DNA from: Tubiluchus corallicola
Taxonomy: Eukaryota > Animalia > Priapulida
DNA length: 64,000 bases
Direction of reading: 5' to 3'
Assembly: GCA_030141605.1 (NCBI GenBank)
Contig: JAQGDQ010000151.1
Span: 429,611 to 493,610 of the forward strand
Shown here: piece by piece, positions 14,901 through 38,840 of the stretch
How the letters are laid out: every line of letters starts with the position of its first letter
Position numbering within the stretch: position 1 is the first letter of the stretch
Translations under genes and position numbers: made by a program
Notes under the pieces: generated by a model
Databases searched by the model: none
The model's input: only the letters and a program-made list of their open reading frames with translations
Told to the model about the DNA's origin: nothing

Positions 14901-15692
14901 TCATCGTTATATAGCACAGCACCGGCCATAGCCTTTCTGTTTCTTTATGCTTTTCTTCCTTTTCTTTCTTTTCACCCATCCCTATCTTTTTCTTTCCATT
15001 TCTTCTCGAGGTGGCCTTTAACTTAGGCGGCTATATTGCTTCTTCTGCAGAAAATAACTTTTATAGATTTTTTCGCTAAGTGAGGTGATTCAAAAACAAG
15101 AAATATTGAATAAGCTATAATCATGTTTTTGCTTAAAAATGATGCCATTTTATCTATCTTTCTATCTATCTATCCAAAGGAAATCCGGTTTTAAGTCCTG
15201 TAATGTCAACATTTTATTGCGTAATTGAACATAGAGGTCGATTTATCCAAGTTTGAACTTTGTACTGCGGTGTCAGTATTTTATTCTGCTGTCATTTAGT
15301 TAATTTATCCATGTCTGATCTAAGTACGACAGTATTTTATTTCTACAGTATCTGTGTATGTTGTTCAATTTAACTCGTTTTAAAGTTTGATGAAGGCGAA
15401 TAAATTATTTCTTCTTCCTTTAGACGAATCGATGGAAGAGCTTACAATTACTGTGTTCTAATTCTGATTTAAGATGTTAGCATAATAATTAGACTAATCA
15501 TTGCAGAACTTTATTCGCAAACATCATTAGCGAATCAATAATCGAGGCCATATATATAGCTGCCAGCAGGCAGTTTTGAATCGTTCAGTAAAAGTGGACA
15601 ATTTTCATTAAATATGACGTAAATTCAGTACATTTAGCGTAATTTCATGATATTTCAGGACCTTTTAGTCCTGCAATCTAGCATATGCATAG

Positions 15693-16305
15693 GAACGAGG
15701 GAACAAACGAACAAACAGGATTGGAAAGGAAGAAATGAGCAGACAGGATTGGAAAAGAACAAAAAACAGACAGGGTTGGAAAGGAACAAATGAGCAGACA
15801 GGATTGGAAAAGAACAAAAAACAGACAGGGTTGGAAAGGAACAAATGAACAGACAGGGTTGAAAAGGAATTAACAAACAGACAGGGTTGAAAAGGAACAG
15901 ACGAACAGACAAGGTTGGAAAAGAACAAAAAACAGACAGGGTTGTAAAGGAACAAATGAACAGACAGGGTTGGAAAGGAACAAACGAACAGACAAGGTTG
16001 GAAAGGAACAAACGAACAGACAAGGTTGGAAAAGAACAAAAAACAGACATGGTTGTAAAGGAACAAATGAACAGACAGGGTTGAAAAGGAATTAACGAAC
16101 AGACAGGGTTGAAAAGGAACAAACGAACAGACAAGGTTGGAAAAGAACAAACAAACAGACAGGATTGGAAAGGAACAAATGAGCAGACAGGATTGGAAAA
16201 GAACAAAAAACAGACATGGTTGTAAAGGAACAAATGAACAGACAGGGTTGAAAAGGAATTAACGAACAGACAGGGTTGGAAAAGAGCAAACAAACGGACA
16301 AACAT
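15693..16305. repeat. 27-28-bp minisatellite (GAACAGACAGGGTTGGAAAGGAACAAAC), about 22 copies
   Basis: Direct inspection; explains repetitive ORFs 15655-16311, 15665-16150, 15887-16084, 16092-16301. Confidence 0.95.
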
Positions 16306-17445
16306 GTACAATATTTAGATTGTCTGACACCTTTGTAGAAAAGCTTGAGAAGGTATTAGAAAACGATTACTAGATAATGTTAACAATAAAATTCTAGTAA
16401 CTGTTATCAACTGGGTACGAATTTTACAATCTCGTTAGTTTAAAATGTGGAACAAAAAGGGCTGTCACAAAGTAAATGGTTAATATTACAAGAATTAACG
16501 ACTCACAGGGTCTCACATAAAGTAATCTAATGTAAAAAAGTCTAATTAAACGACATTTCTGGGTTACCTGACGGAAGGTAGACTAGTTTGACGAAGGCAG
16601 ACAAAAGGGTTAGCATAAAGTAATTGGTTAGTAATACAGGAATCTTTTTTGTGGCGACTCACAGGTCTCGCGTTGTTTCAAGCAAAACGTTTACTGCTGT
16701 AAAAAATTCAGTTTTTGCAGTAAAGTAATCATAAAGAAATGCACGAAGACAAACATACCTTATTTTACAAAATATCTCCAAACAATGAAGTCTTTGTAAC
16801 TTGGGTACATACAATTATCTTACACGGTCATGTTATTTGACCCCAGCGCCCACATGAAAATGACACGTCGTCAAATGGTGACCCAAGTGACCCATTTCCA
16901 GCATTTGGCCAGCGATGCAAAAAATCTTTAGCAATGATTTTACTTTGCTACGCTTGATGCCTACACCCCAGATGCAGCACACCAACCAAATGTTGGCAGC
17001 TCTGTTGGCGGTCATTCAACAGTGAAACTGTTTTAGTTTGCTGGCATCTCTGTTAGTCTTAAACTAGAATGCAGCCAGTTTCGATTAACATCGCTGCTGG
17101 ATGCTGCCCTATATACCAAAACTTCCCTAAAACTTATCACAAAACATCCCAACAGCCGAGGTGATTTTAGATGTGCAAGTGCCTTTGAGCTTTTCCGACT
17201 AAAATGAATCTACCAACAAAAATGCAAGTTAGAACGAAGTTTTTAGTGCAATAATTTCGTGATGTATGTAGATAATTTACAATGCTTTTTTGACAGCTTA
17301 CTGCTTCTCCCCGGTCTTCTTCCCCTGTTTTCTTTCTTTTTCTTTTTTTCTTTCTTTTTCTCTCGTTCTCTTTCCCTTTGGCTTTTCCTTCCTCTTATTA
17401 CGTCGTACCTTCTTAGCAAACATTCAGAATGCTAACAAAACATAA

Positions 17446-17449
<4 letters not shown>

Positions 17450-17522
<73 letters not shown>
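17450..17522. repeat. (GA)n microsatellite
   Basis: Direct inspection. Confidence 0.97.
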
Positions 17523-17525
<3 letters not shown>

Positions 17526-20500
17526 CACAAAAATTATATTAATCAACAAACTAGTAAAAAATGAACTGCAGTTCTCTCTAAATTGTTAATTCAATAGATG
17601 GCTTTATTTTAATGAGCGAAAGTTAAAAGCTTTTTTCTTGTTTATGGAAGCGCACAATATAAAGTACTTTGTTATTGTGATTGTTTATAAGTTTTCGGTA
17701 TGTGAGATTACGCGTTTATCTTTTATGAAAATATAGTGAAACAGTTCATTAAACGAATTAACTAATTTTACTGTTATTCGACAATGTCCTATAGATGGCT
17801 TCGTCTATAACAGGTTGCCAGCTATGTGTTTGTAAATTTGCACAGCGTGAACATTTGATTCTAATAAGATGTATCTGTACATCAGAAGCTTAGCAAAAAT
17901 TTAATCAAATGGCGTAAAAAATTCATAAATTGGGCAATTTTCTGTTGCATTATTTGATTTTTGCAGATAGCACGTCCTGCCGCCTTTCAGATTGCTCTTT
18001 GCTGAATCAAGTTTGCACGTCAGAATCAACAAATGAAACTAATCCTTTATGTCTGTATCAGTCATTATTGTTATTCCACACTTCCCTTCGAGAATCTAAG
18101 TGAACTCTGTCTGCCCAAACTACAAAGACTTTGCGAATTATGTGAATCTGACTTCCCTCCCATGTGGGCTAACATTTGATTTCAATAACGAAGATCTCGC
18201 CGCGACAAAAACATAACAAGAATGCCATAAAACATGAAAAACTCATGTTGACCTTATAGTGCCAGTTGTAAACTGCGACTACGAAAAGCTGAGCAATAGA
18301 AAGAAATTGGAGTGAAGTAGAGAGAAAGGATTGGGAAATTTTGCAACTGGAAAGTAATAAGTGGCAAGCTCAGTAGCATGAAATAAAAATTCTAGTTGAT
18401 TCAAAACGTTACTCTCTTGTCTGTTTATTCTAGACTAAGCAATACTAATAAGATTCTGTTTCCAGTTTACGATTAGGCCACTAGTCGCCACGCAAGAGCC
18501 CAGTCATAGAATTTTTGAACATAACAAGGAATTATATGAAAAATTCAGTTAGTTATTTTTTTATTTTCGTTAACATGTCCATTATCCATGGCTATTAAAC
18601 CCGTACGTCCAGGGACGAAGTTCCTTTTCACAGTTACCAAAAAAGTCTGAGCGTACCTGAGCGTGTTATTTATGCTGGAAATTTTAACATTCTGGTAGGA
18701 AGCTAAGTTAGACAGATAGAGACAAATCTCGGATCCTTCATGGACTTTCTGTTCCCTTAGGGTTGTGTGAGCTTTTTGGACCCAATCCCCCCGGCCATTG
18801 TGTGTGTGGAGAAGTTCCAGCAGCTGTGTGTTTTTTCTAAATCGTTGTCATTATGAGTTTTTTGCGGTTTGTGCAAATAGTTCAGTTTGTGTTGTCAGTA
18901 TCGCTGCTTTTCTTGAATCAACAACGATATTCTTACACTTTTCTATAGATGAACTTTTCTATAGTCGTTTAACAGTTACGATAAGGTAGTTGAAGAGTGA
19001 AGACGTCTAGTTTAGGGTTAAAAACTTGCTCATACTCGTTCAAAAATGCCCATTTCAGTTATCATTTCAAAACTTAAAACAATAAATTTTTGTTAGGTTG
19101 TGCACTCAGAAAAAGAAATGGGCTATGCAGTTTACATTTCTCTTCACTGAAAATTTCTCTGTAGATCTATGAGCATCTTGCCTTATTACTAATCGTGTTA
19201 TCCCTTGCTGTGAAGAATGACTTGCGTATAAATAACATTATTGCGATATAGATTTATACAATTTTTCCCCTGAATTTTATTATCCCGTGGTTGTGGCGTA
19301 TCTGGTTTTAGAAGAGCACTGATTGGTGAAGCTACTGAAATCACTACGACTTCAAGTTTTGGCAGTCTGTAAAACTGTAACAAATTTGCTACTGAATGTA
19401 TAAAGCTCTTTGGTGCTGTATTGTGTATGGGTTAAAGGAAAATATTAATAATCGCTTCGTGTGGATCAGGTCTTTCTTCAAACTCATAAACTAGGCAATT
19501 CCTCTGTTTCCATATTGCATGACTGTTTTCAAATACGTTGTTGTAAATTTACGTCGAATGCATAATGAGTGCGCAAAAAGCATGATATTTATTTATTATA
19601 TGTGTTTACAAGCATTGCATGTAGGTTGTTAAGTAACTTAAATGTATCGTTTTTGTGTAGCATATAATAACCTATTAGGATCTAACAGCATTTAATGAAA
19701 GCTGTGCTGCATAGCAAAAATCATCATTTTCCCGTATATCTTTTCGCACACATTCACAATTTTTGAATAATGGTAATAACGCCGGGAGTTCTAATATTGA
19801 AAGGAGCCTTGTTTTTATTCTCGTATTTGGCATAGCAAGCCTATTTGGGTTTCGTGGTAGCCCTATTGCTTCTTGAGACTTACAATTTTCCGAATAATTT
19901 AAGATGCAAGACATTGTTTTAGAAAGAGTTCATTGGGACCAAGAATGCGCGGTTATGATTTGCTCGGTCCAAAAGGATTGGCATTTGTATATGACCGTGA
20001 CTATAATATTGTCACCGCTGTTGAAACCACCGCAATACTTCTCATGAGAGAAGCAACGTGATCACAAAGTAACGCTATAGTCTATTAAACAGGCTTGGTA
20101 GCGTGCGCACGTGGTCTATCACATAGAAGAAATTAGGTGCTGATCCAAAAAATTGGGTAAAAGTTGTAAAAATGTCTGGCGCGTCGCAATTCGTTTAGAT
20201 TTCCGACAAGCAGGCAGGTTTTACGATAATATACTGCCTCTGTTCATCATCGCTTTGAGTCTAATTGCAAAGAAACGGTTTATTTTGTTCAGCCGAGCAC
20301 CCGAAGGTGCAATCATGCTTTAAATTTATGTTGCGAAAGCGTTTTTAAGAAGCTCGTAAACAAAGGTACTTTGTCAAAATTCTATGATGTTTCGGAATGC
20401 TTAAAATTGCGCTTTGATTTTCAGTACGGCTCGACAGAAGCGAATTCAAATTGGCATTTCATAGAATTTCCCTTATTTATGACACTTAATTAAAGATTCA

Positions 20501-20646
20501 GGATGAATTTAGAACAATATTACAAAAATTTATGGTTCTGTGTCTTCATTCCAGTGAAATATAGAAGTGAAAGTCTGATGGCTTAGATTTTCTTGATGTC
20601 AGAATCTTAACAGGCCTACTTGACCGTTTCTCCCTATTAACACTCA

Positions 20647-20738
<92 letters not shown>
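20647..20738. repeat. (CT)n microsatellite
   Basis: Direct inspection. Confidence 0.95.
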
Positions 20739-23700
20739 AGCGAGGTTTAACGTGTAACAACCAGCTTCACTAAACCATAGTGATTTAACTCCATTACAAT
20801 CAGTTATTCCACAAAGCTATATTGACGTATGCATAAGCTTTCCATACATCTGACCATGACACAGTAAAAGCTGGATATATGGTTACATGTAAGTTTGGTT
20901 CCAAACATTTGCAAATTCGTCGGAATTTGCTTGGTTTGGACATACGATATATTTATTGATTTTTTTTCTGTCGAAAACAAGTGTCAATAGGTCAGACTGC
21001 CATGAGTCAAAGAGGCCAGCGACTGAAATGGATTATAACTGCTATCTCACAGACCTTTAGCTCACTTTGTCTGTGGCAAAATATCTTAAAAATTAGCAGA
21101 AATGAATTGGCGAATTTATTACTTTTTATCGTGGTCGGCGTCAGACATGGTTAAATAGTTCCACTAATAATTTCCTGCCCGCCGTGTCCGGCCCTTTTCT
21201 CTTCCAATGGGTTGAATTCCAAAGATGGCTTCTAAGTTTCAAAAGGTCGTGTACCGATTGTATGCAGTGGATCATCAAAGTACAATGAAAAATATTGCAG
21301 TTGTTGTTCGAATAGTCAACGATGGCTACGCAAAATTAAACAGCAAGGTATCAGAATACTCAAGTAGCGGTAATAAATTTAAAACCAGGAATAAACTTAC
21401 CAAAGGTAACAAGGTTAAAATTTTGTATTACTTGATTTAGGGACAAATATAAAACAAAAATACCTGACATCTAACTGGTAAAATAATTTTGATAAAAAGC
21501 TTTATTAGTTTTTATCTTGGGCCGTAATAATTATTAAGTGTTTATCATTGTTAGTATTATTAAGTCATAAGTCATTTATTTCACCATACACATTTACAGG
21601 TTACATATACAATATCTAGTGAAAGGGCCTACAATGGATATAATACAAATAAAAAATACTGCACAGAAAAGCCTCAAGCACTATTCACTTATACACGAAG
21701 GTAAATGTGTTGTGGGCAATCAAAAAGCAGGGCTTGTTAGATTGTCCCACACAGTGATAGAGGAAAAAAGTAATGGAGATAATCTGAAAATTTAAAGTGA
21801 ATCGTGATAAAAAAAACGTAGTGCTTAAAATGGAATGATGTAATGAATGAAACTCATATATGGAATGATATAAAAGATAGAAAGACTATTATTTTTTAAT
21901 AGTATGTAAAATTAAAATAACTTGATTAAGTTAACACCACTGTTTTGCAACTACTGTGAGGACACATTATTGTTCACTAATACCAAAATATAATACATGT
22001 GCAGTAGATATTGCATAACAAGTGTTGCAGTAAGATATTTCATGTCAGGCATGACAAGAATCTGTAGTTATATTGTTAATACAGGATGCAACATCTGTAA
22101 TTACGCTTTTATCAAAATAATCGACAGTACCTAACAAATACTGATTCCGATGATTGGCTATATGAACTTAAAACAAACTGCATTATTAATCATAACCTAA
22201 ACATTTTTTTTAACAGTTAGACGAGCGTGCACACATGGAAACATCGTATAAACATTAGTATTGCAATACTAACACGCACTCTAATGTACTAATTACCAAC
22301 ACACCGTCTGCAGGTTTGTGTGTAGAAGAAACCAAAGCTTCTGTGCTTCGGATCAAATTGCGGAAGCTTACAAGTTCATCCGCCTGTTTCAGTGCTCAAT
22401 TTGTTTAGCTTACAGGAAAACTATATCCATAATATTTACGTGAAGCGAAGAAAATAAACAACTTAACAAAGCAGGCTACGGCGAGTACATGCGAATCAAT
22501 GACGAATGCAAATATTATGCAAGTTTATATTAGTGCTTTATGCGTAATTACAGATAAAAGTTAAAGTTTACATAGTAATATCTCATATTGCGGCAATTGC
22601 AGTTTGTCTTATATATGCGCAAAACTAATTAATTTGAGTGCAAACCCATCTGCATGGGTCACGATTGATTACCTCGGATACAACGAATACTGTGCGCCAT
22701 GCAGCACAACAATTGCTACTTTACATAATTTAAAAATTAAGAAAAAAGGGCGAGAAATGCGTTTGGTGACTGTTCTAAATTTGGCAGACATTTGCTGTTT
22801 CTTTGCATCTCAATTTAGAGGACTCTGAGACTCTCAGCAATGTACATTGCTTAACTTTAAGATGTCTCCTACTAGTGTGTTTGGGAAGACTCACTGTAGT
22901 GCACCAAATAAGAAAACTAGCACCTGATTTTGTATTTTATCCACATTTCTTTAGAAAAATACCAATAAATGTTCAACCTGAGATTTACGTGATACAGACT
23001 TTTTAAGGATAGCTACAACTTTCTGTCCATTTTACCCACATATATTCCACCCAAAATGAGGCCTTGATTCTACCTAGCGTGTAATCAATAAAAATCTAAT
23101 CCAGATTCTCCACCACTGGCAGCACTTCGCACTAATCACAATACCTGATCCACTTAACGAATTAGTGGTGAGTTGATACAAACGATCGCTCTGCGGATTG
23201 AATCGTTGATCAAAGTCGAACTCCAAACACACACCGCGCCTTTTGCAGTTTTCGTATCAATTTTATAAAAGCGCAGCGAACTTCAGCATTAGAATTCTTC
23301 TCTAGTGTCAGTGATTCAAACGCCGTTTAGCAGTGCTTGTTTGGCTTACAGAAATTCTAGTCTAACTTCAATATTTTTTCGAAGACAGAAACGTTGTGCA
23401 AGCGCTAATTACAAATTTATTATGCAACGTGAAACACACATGGGTCTGTTAGTTTTTAGCAATTGTTTCTAGCATCTTGTATTTATCGTGTGCATACTTT
23501 TAAGCTTAACTTTCATCACATACCATTACTCTTTTCTTTTAATCTACCAACAGTGTAACTTTGAAAGACACATTATTACAATAGCGGCAACCATAATAAG
23601 AAACGAGAAACATTAATACTTGATTAAAAGTTAAAACGAGCCAATTCTTATTTCACTGCTTATTTAGTTTCAGGATGTCGAAAGTAATAAACGCTCTGAG

Positions 23701-23749
23701 ATAGTCTAAAAGATCACATCAGCCACGACAGGTGGCGCAGTGGGCTAGC

Positions 23750-33488
<9,739 letters not shown>

Positions 33489-35267
33489 TTGAAAACAAAA
33501 TGGAATGCAACAGAAAGTTTTTCTCTCGGCTAGCAAGTTAAGAAGTGAGACTGGTTCGTTTAAAGAACGCGTGCTAAGATTTGTAGAAAAAGCGTGACGT
33601 CATACAAAAAGTCTTAGTTCAGTGGTGGCTTTATTGTGTTCACACAAATACCCGGATTAGATACGGTCTATACAGGCGTTGTACGTCCATACGCAGAATG
33701 ACACTTGAATCATTGCCGAGTATGATAGACCAGTGATCTCTTAAAGTTGAGCGGCGACGTCGCGACAAACTAACGTTAATATTTGCAATTCAAATACTTT
33801 TTTATAATATATTGATGTTTGCACAGTTTTGCACTTCAGACATTACTACAATGCTTTGAAGGTTCAACTCGTTATTATAATCTGTGTTTAGAAATCCTGA
33901 GGTTGCGAACCCTGGCATTGACAACAAACTTTTTCGGAGTTTGTTGTAAAACTCCATCTGTATTCATCTTTTTATGCATACTGACATTGATTTAATTCAG
34001 TGCTAAGTTTTGATCGATAATAATTTAATTCTCTTAAATAATAAGTGCTAAAATAATGCAAAATGTACGCAAAAACCATTCAGCATAATGATGCAGTTAC
34101 TACGCTGGCTCATAGAGGACAGTAAATTTGCTTCCCGTTTTCGAAGTTTGTTACTCCGTATTATATTACGACTGTTATATGGTTTGTAAAATAAGTGTCT
34201 GTTGTTATAACAATTATTATATAGTCATAAACGTTTGTAAAAATAACATATTGTTGTAAAATTTCGTTATTATGCCCTCACTGTGATAACGCGCTATTTG
34301 TTTTATGCATTTTTTGTTGTCTTTCTGCACTGTATCAGCACGTTTAATATAATTATACCCTTAAGCACATAGCACTCAGACGACCGACGACAATTTGGAC
34401 TTTTCACTACTAGTAACAGAAGATACTACTATGATACTACTTCATACTACCAAGGGATGGCCCTAGGATTTGATTACTTAAAGTAGCTTAAGAGAAGACT
34501 CACATTACTGAATAACATATTTTAATGATTTTACTTTGCGTACAGAAATTTTAAAACATGTACCGACAGAAATGCATGATCGATCCTTGCTGGTGAAATA
34601 ATTTCTTATCTGTTCTGCAGATTAGTAATGATTTTTGTATAGTGTCTGACAAACTGAATTTAGACTGGTGCCATCTGCCTTCTGTCTGCCGAAGATTCCA
34701 CCTGTCCAGTTGAAATGTGCATTATACTTTTAATTTTTATGCCACTTAATAGTCTTGAATTAAATAATGTACACAACTTCCCCAAACCATTATGTTTAAT
34801 AATCTAATGATTGTCATTAATTTCACAATTTGCATTTCTGCGGTCTCCAATTGAGGAGCTTATCTGTCATAAATGAAAACTTTCTTTAAGAAATTTTATT
34901 TCTTTTGTTAGTACAAAACTGTGGCTAGGTAGTTTATGTGTACTTTATAGTTTTGGGCGTCTCTTGAAGTTTGATGAGTCTTATTGCTGAAAGAGTTAAA
35001 AATTAATTGAAGATATGATTTTTGCAAATGTGACAGTTACAAGTCACAATATGCACCGCACTTCAGTTTATTTTATTCAGGGAATTATCTGTTCCATTGA
35101 CAGTATGCCGTGATTGTAAAAAAACGAACACATTTTATTAAATTTAAATTAACTTCATTGAAATGGAGAACAAAATTTCAAAAGTTAATGCAACATTATG
35201 AAAATATGATGTTTTGGCGACTTCTTTTATATTTATAGTTTATGTGGTGCTCAATACTTACAGCAGC

Positions 35268-35530
35268 AGATGATGATGTTATGATGACGATGATGATGAT
35301 GATGATGACGACGACGACGATGATGATGATGACAACGACGACGATGATGATAATGATGATGATGATGGTGATGGCGATGATGATGATGATGGTGATTGTG
35401 ATCACCATCATCATCGTGATGATGATGGTGATGGTGGCGGTGCAGTGGCGACGCTCCTGATGTTGGTGGTTAGGTAGTGGTGGTGATGGCGTGTTGTAGT
35501 GGTTGTGGTGAAGACGATGGCTATGATAAT
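35268..35530. repeat. (GAT/GAC/GGT)n degenerate trinucleotide repeat
   Basis: Direct inspection. Confidence 0.9.
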
Positions 35531-37675
35531 AACGCAATTTTGTATATTTGCTGACAATGTAATTATTTAAAATTAGAATAACAAAAATGTCCCATACGAT
35601 CATCACAATATTACACATAGATATACGAGCGGTTTATTACGAAACCTGCTTTTGAATAACGTACTTACTATGTAAAGGGTTTTGTAAATATACTCATATA
35701 TTTGATTAAGTTTTTTCACTCACCTCTCTTATATAGAGTAATTTAACAACAAATTTTATTCTAAGTATTCATCTGTTGAATAAAACATTGTTTTAGTAAA
35801 AAAAGACTTCTGTATTTCAATATATGAATTATACCATATTTATGGAAACTTACTCAGTTAAGAATCTGTTGCTGAATATAGAAGCGTTTTTATGTTTTGT
35901 TAAAGCAAACTCCAGATGACGTCTAGATTATGGCCCCTGCGTGCTCGCACTGGACTGGCGGACGTATTTAACATGTAAATGGATTGAAAATTTTTAAAGC
36001 TTTTGCACCGAGATGCATGTATTTTATCTAAAACTGAAAAATAGCACATCCTCTGTTTAGAACACGCTTTACAAAACCAAAGCAATCAAGCGATCCCAAG
36101 CTTGTAGGCGGCAGACCAGTATGCCAGACAGCACTATGTGTTGCAGGAAATAAAACCATTTTATTAAACTGCGACCTGCATAGTGGTCCTACGCACAAAA
36201 ATTGGTGGAATAGTAATTATGGTGTTATATGGATCAATAATAACACCATAGAACTACCTTGCCCCTTCAGGATGTATGCTAGTTCATAATTTATTTCGCC
36301 AAAGAGCACAAGGTCTCTAATTCTAATAATCCTCAAGCACTTTATTCACTTCATTTAAACAGACCCAGGAACTCACACAATGCAAATCCAATGGACATTC
36401 TTCTCATTCTTAACGCAAGTCTCTGTGACTTTCTCTTTCACTTTCAGCCAACCATCTAAACTATCACCCGTCATGTCCTACATACTCGCTTTCCTTTCTT
36501 GGGCAAAAGGGGATCAAGTGCTAATCCGCAGATAATCCAAGCATTCAGTTTCAAACCAAATTGAGGTCTACTTATTTGCTTTTTAAACACGGAGTTATTT
36601 GCTGACCAGTGATACACCATTCTCTTAGACAGCAGACTACAAGATTCTAGGCTTGTGTGCATGCAGGCTGATAAAAGCTGCCTTTATTTATTTTGCAGAC
36701 ACCTATTTCAATTGTTTTCATTCATGCTTACATATAACTACCAGTTATATATAATATTTCAATTACACATCTTTATCTTTATTTGCCATAAAATAGTGAT
36801 AACATACATTTATACAATATGGTACACCATTCAGTGTTTACGTGTAATAAGGGCCATACTGCTAATATGCAAATGTGTCTGGTGCAAAAAATAAAACCCC
36901 AAGTGCAGTAGGAGTGCATAAAAACACGAGCAATAAAGCAATAGTGACACAAACTGCAGTAAATGGCACATGTCTAAAAATCGAAGCACCTTTGCAACTC
37001 AGTTATATCACGAGATTCATTGGTTTACCCGTCAACCCTTCTAATCTGTCTATCTATCTAATTATGTAATTTATTATTTGCTCTTAATAATATATGTAAG
37101 GTTTTATACTCAAAACATTTTTCGTCATAAAATTTAATGAAAAACGAAATGTTTCAATTTTTTTCTAATATGCTGAATCATTTGTGTCATATTGACAGGG
37201 TCCACCTTGACAACTTCCCAAGTGACAGCAAATTGGGCGCCAACCACTGCTAATTGATTTTAAATTATACCTGTAGACTTGTATTACATAATTTACCTAC
37301 AAGTGTCTGGTGTACCTGACTGTCTAAGTGTGACAGTGAATCAACAGTGAGCTAAAGCACAGCTTTTAAGTAGTTAATAATGATACTTATGTAAATATAG
37401 TTTGACAATGGAAACAACTCAAAAGTATTTTGTTACTTCTAGTATAAAACTCGGTCAATATGGCCCCACCAGATGTACTAAGCAAAATATTTTAGAACTA
37501 AACAACATGAATAACCTAAAATAAGGTAGCGTATTTTGTACAAAGAGTTTTTGCTGTTTTCGCCTAATTACGGTTTTGTGGCGTAAGTAAGTATTTAGTA
37601 TTACTCTACACAAACTAATTAGCTATATTTCCATATTATTAGAACGGATTACTATGTTTGCGAGATCATCAGAGA

Positions 37676-37862
<187 letters not shown>

Positions 37863-38657
37863 TGCGTTCTTCATTTGCTATAGTTTGATGATTTCAGCTC
37901 AATACCAATAACCAATACCAGTAGGATGTGCTCCTAACTGCCAGTTAAATTAAAATTCTGTGACAAATTCGCGTGATTACGCACCAAATTCAAACGAACT
38001 TAAAACTACGCGTAAGCCTATATAATAAATTACCCATTTCATCGAAATATTTTGCATTTATTACTGAATTGATCGCTCAATTAGTCGTCAAAATTCTGAC
38101 AGTCAATTAACACGCCACAATGATCACACATTGCGTCAATTTTTATGTCTATAATTAATTATGTATCCAGGCTATGACCACGCATCCACAATTATCACAA
38201 TACACTTGCATTGATATTTTGCACATACAGTTGGTTTAATAAGTTTATTAAATTTATGTTCTGCGTGAATTTCTCTTGTCTAACGATGCAGTGATGAATG
38301 TAATTCATTTCCAAACTACATAGCAAATGACCCAGATATAAGAACAGAAAATTGTAAGTAACTAGCTATATTATAAACTTCAGCAAGTGGGTTTATAAGC
38401 AAAATCATAAATTAACAAATTATACATTACCTGACAATATAACTATTTACAAGCCCTGCAATTATCGACACTGCATGACATTTAAAAAACAATGACGCGT
38501 TTCTTATATTTTAGCGGTTCGACATTGGTATCTCTGTGTTATTATGTAGAGTTGTAGAGATGTTTTATTAAACTGTGCCACGTCCAATTTACGTGGTATA
38601 AATGTGCATAAATTATTTGCATAATGTGAAAAGAACTACAATAAACATATTTCATTA

Positions 38658-38840
38658 TATTTGTACTTGTATTTGTGTTTTTGTTTGTGCTTGCAATTGT
38701 ACTTTTTCTTATGTTTATATTTACGCTTATACTTACATTCACACAATCACACTTGCACTCATATTCATGTTTATATTTATTTTGTATTTTTATTTTTATT
38801 TGTATTTGCATTTGCATTTGCATTTGTATTTGTATTTTTG
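38658..38840. repeat. Degenerate hexanucleotide repeat (TTTGTA/TTTGCA)n
   Basis: Direct inspection. Confidence 0.85.

Noticed and set aside
15655-16311. 218-aa hydrophobic repetitive ORF
   Set aside because: Translation of the 27/28-bp minisatellite; open in several frames, no splice context.
36218-36250. 11-bp perfect hairpin TATGGTGTTAT...ATAACACCATA
   Set aside because: Too short for a pre-miRNA; plausible by chance in AT-rich DNA.
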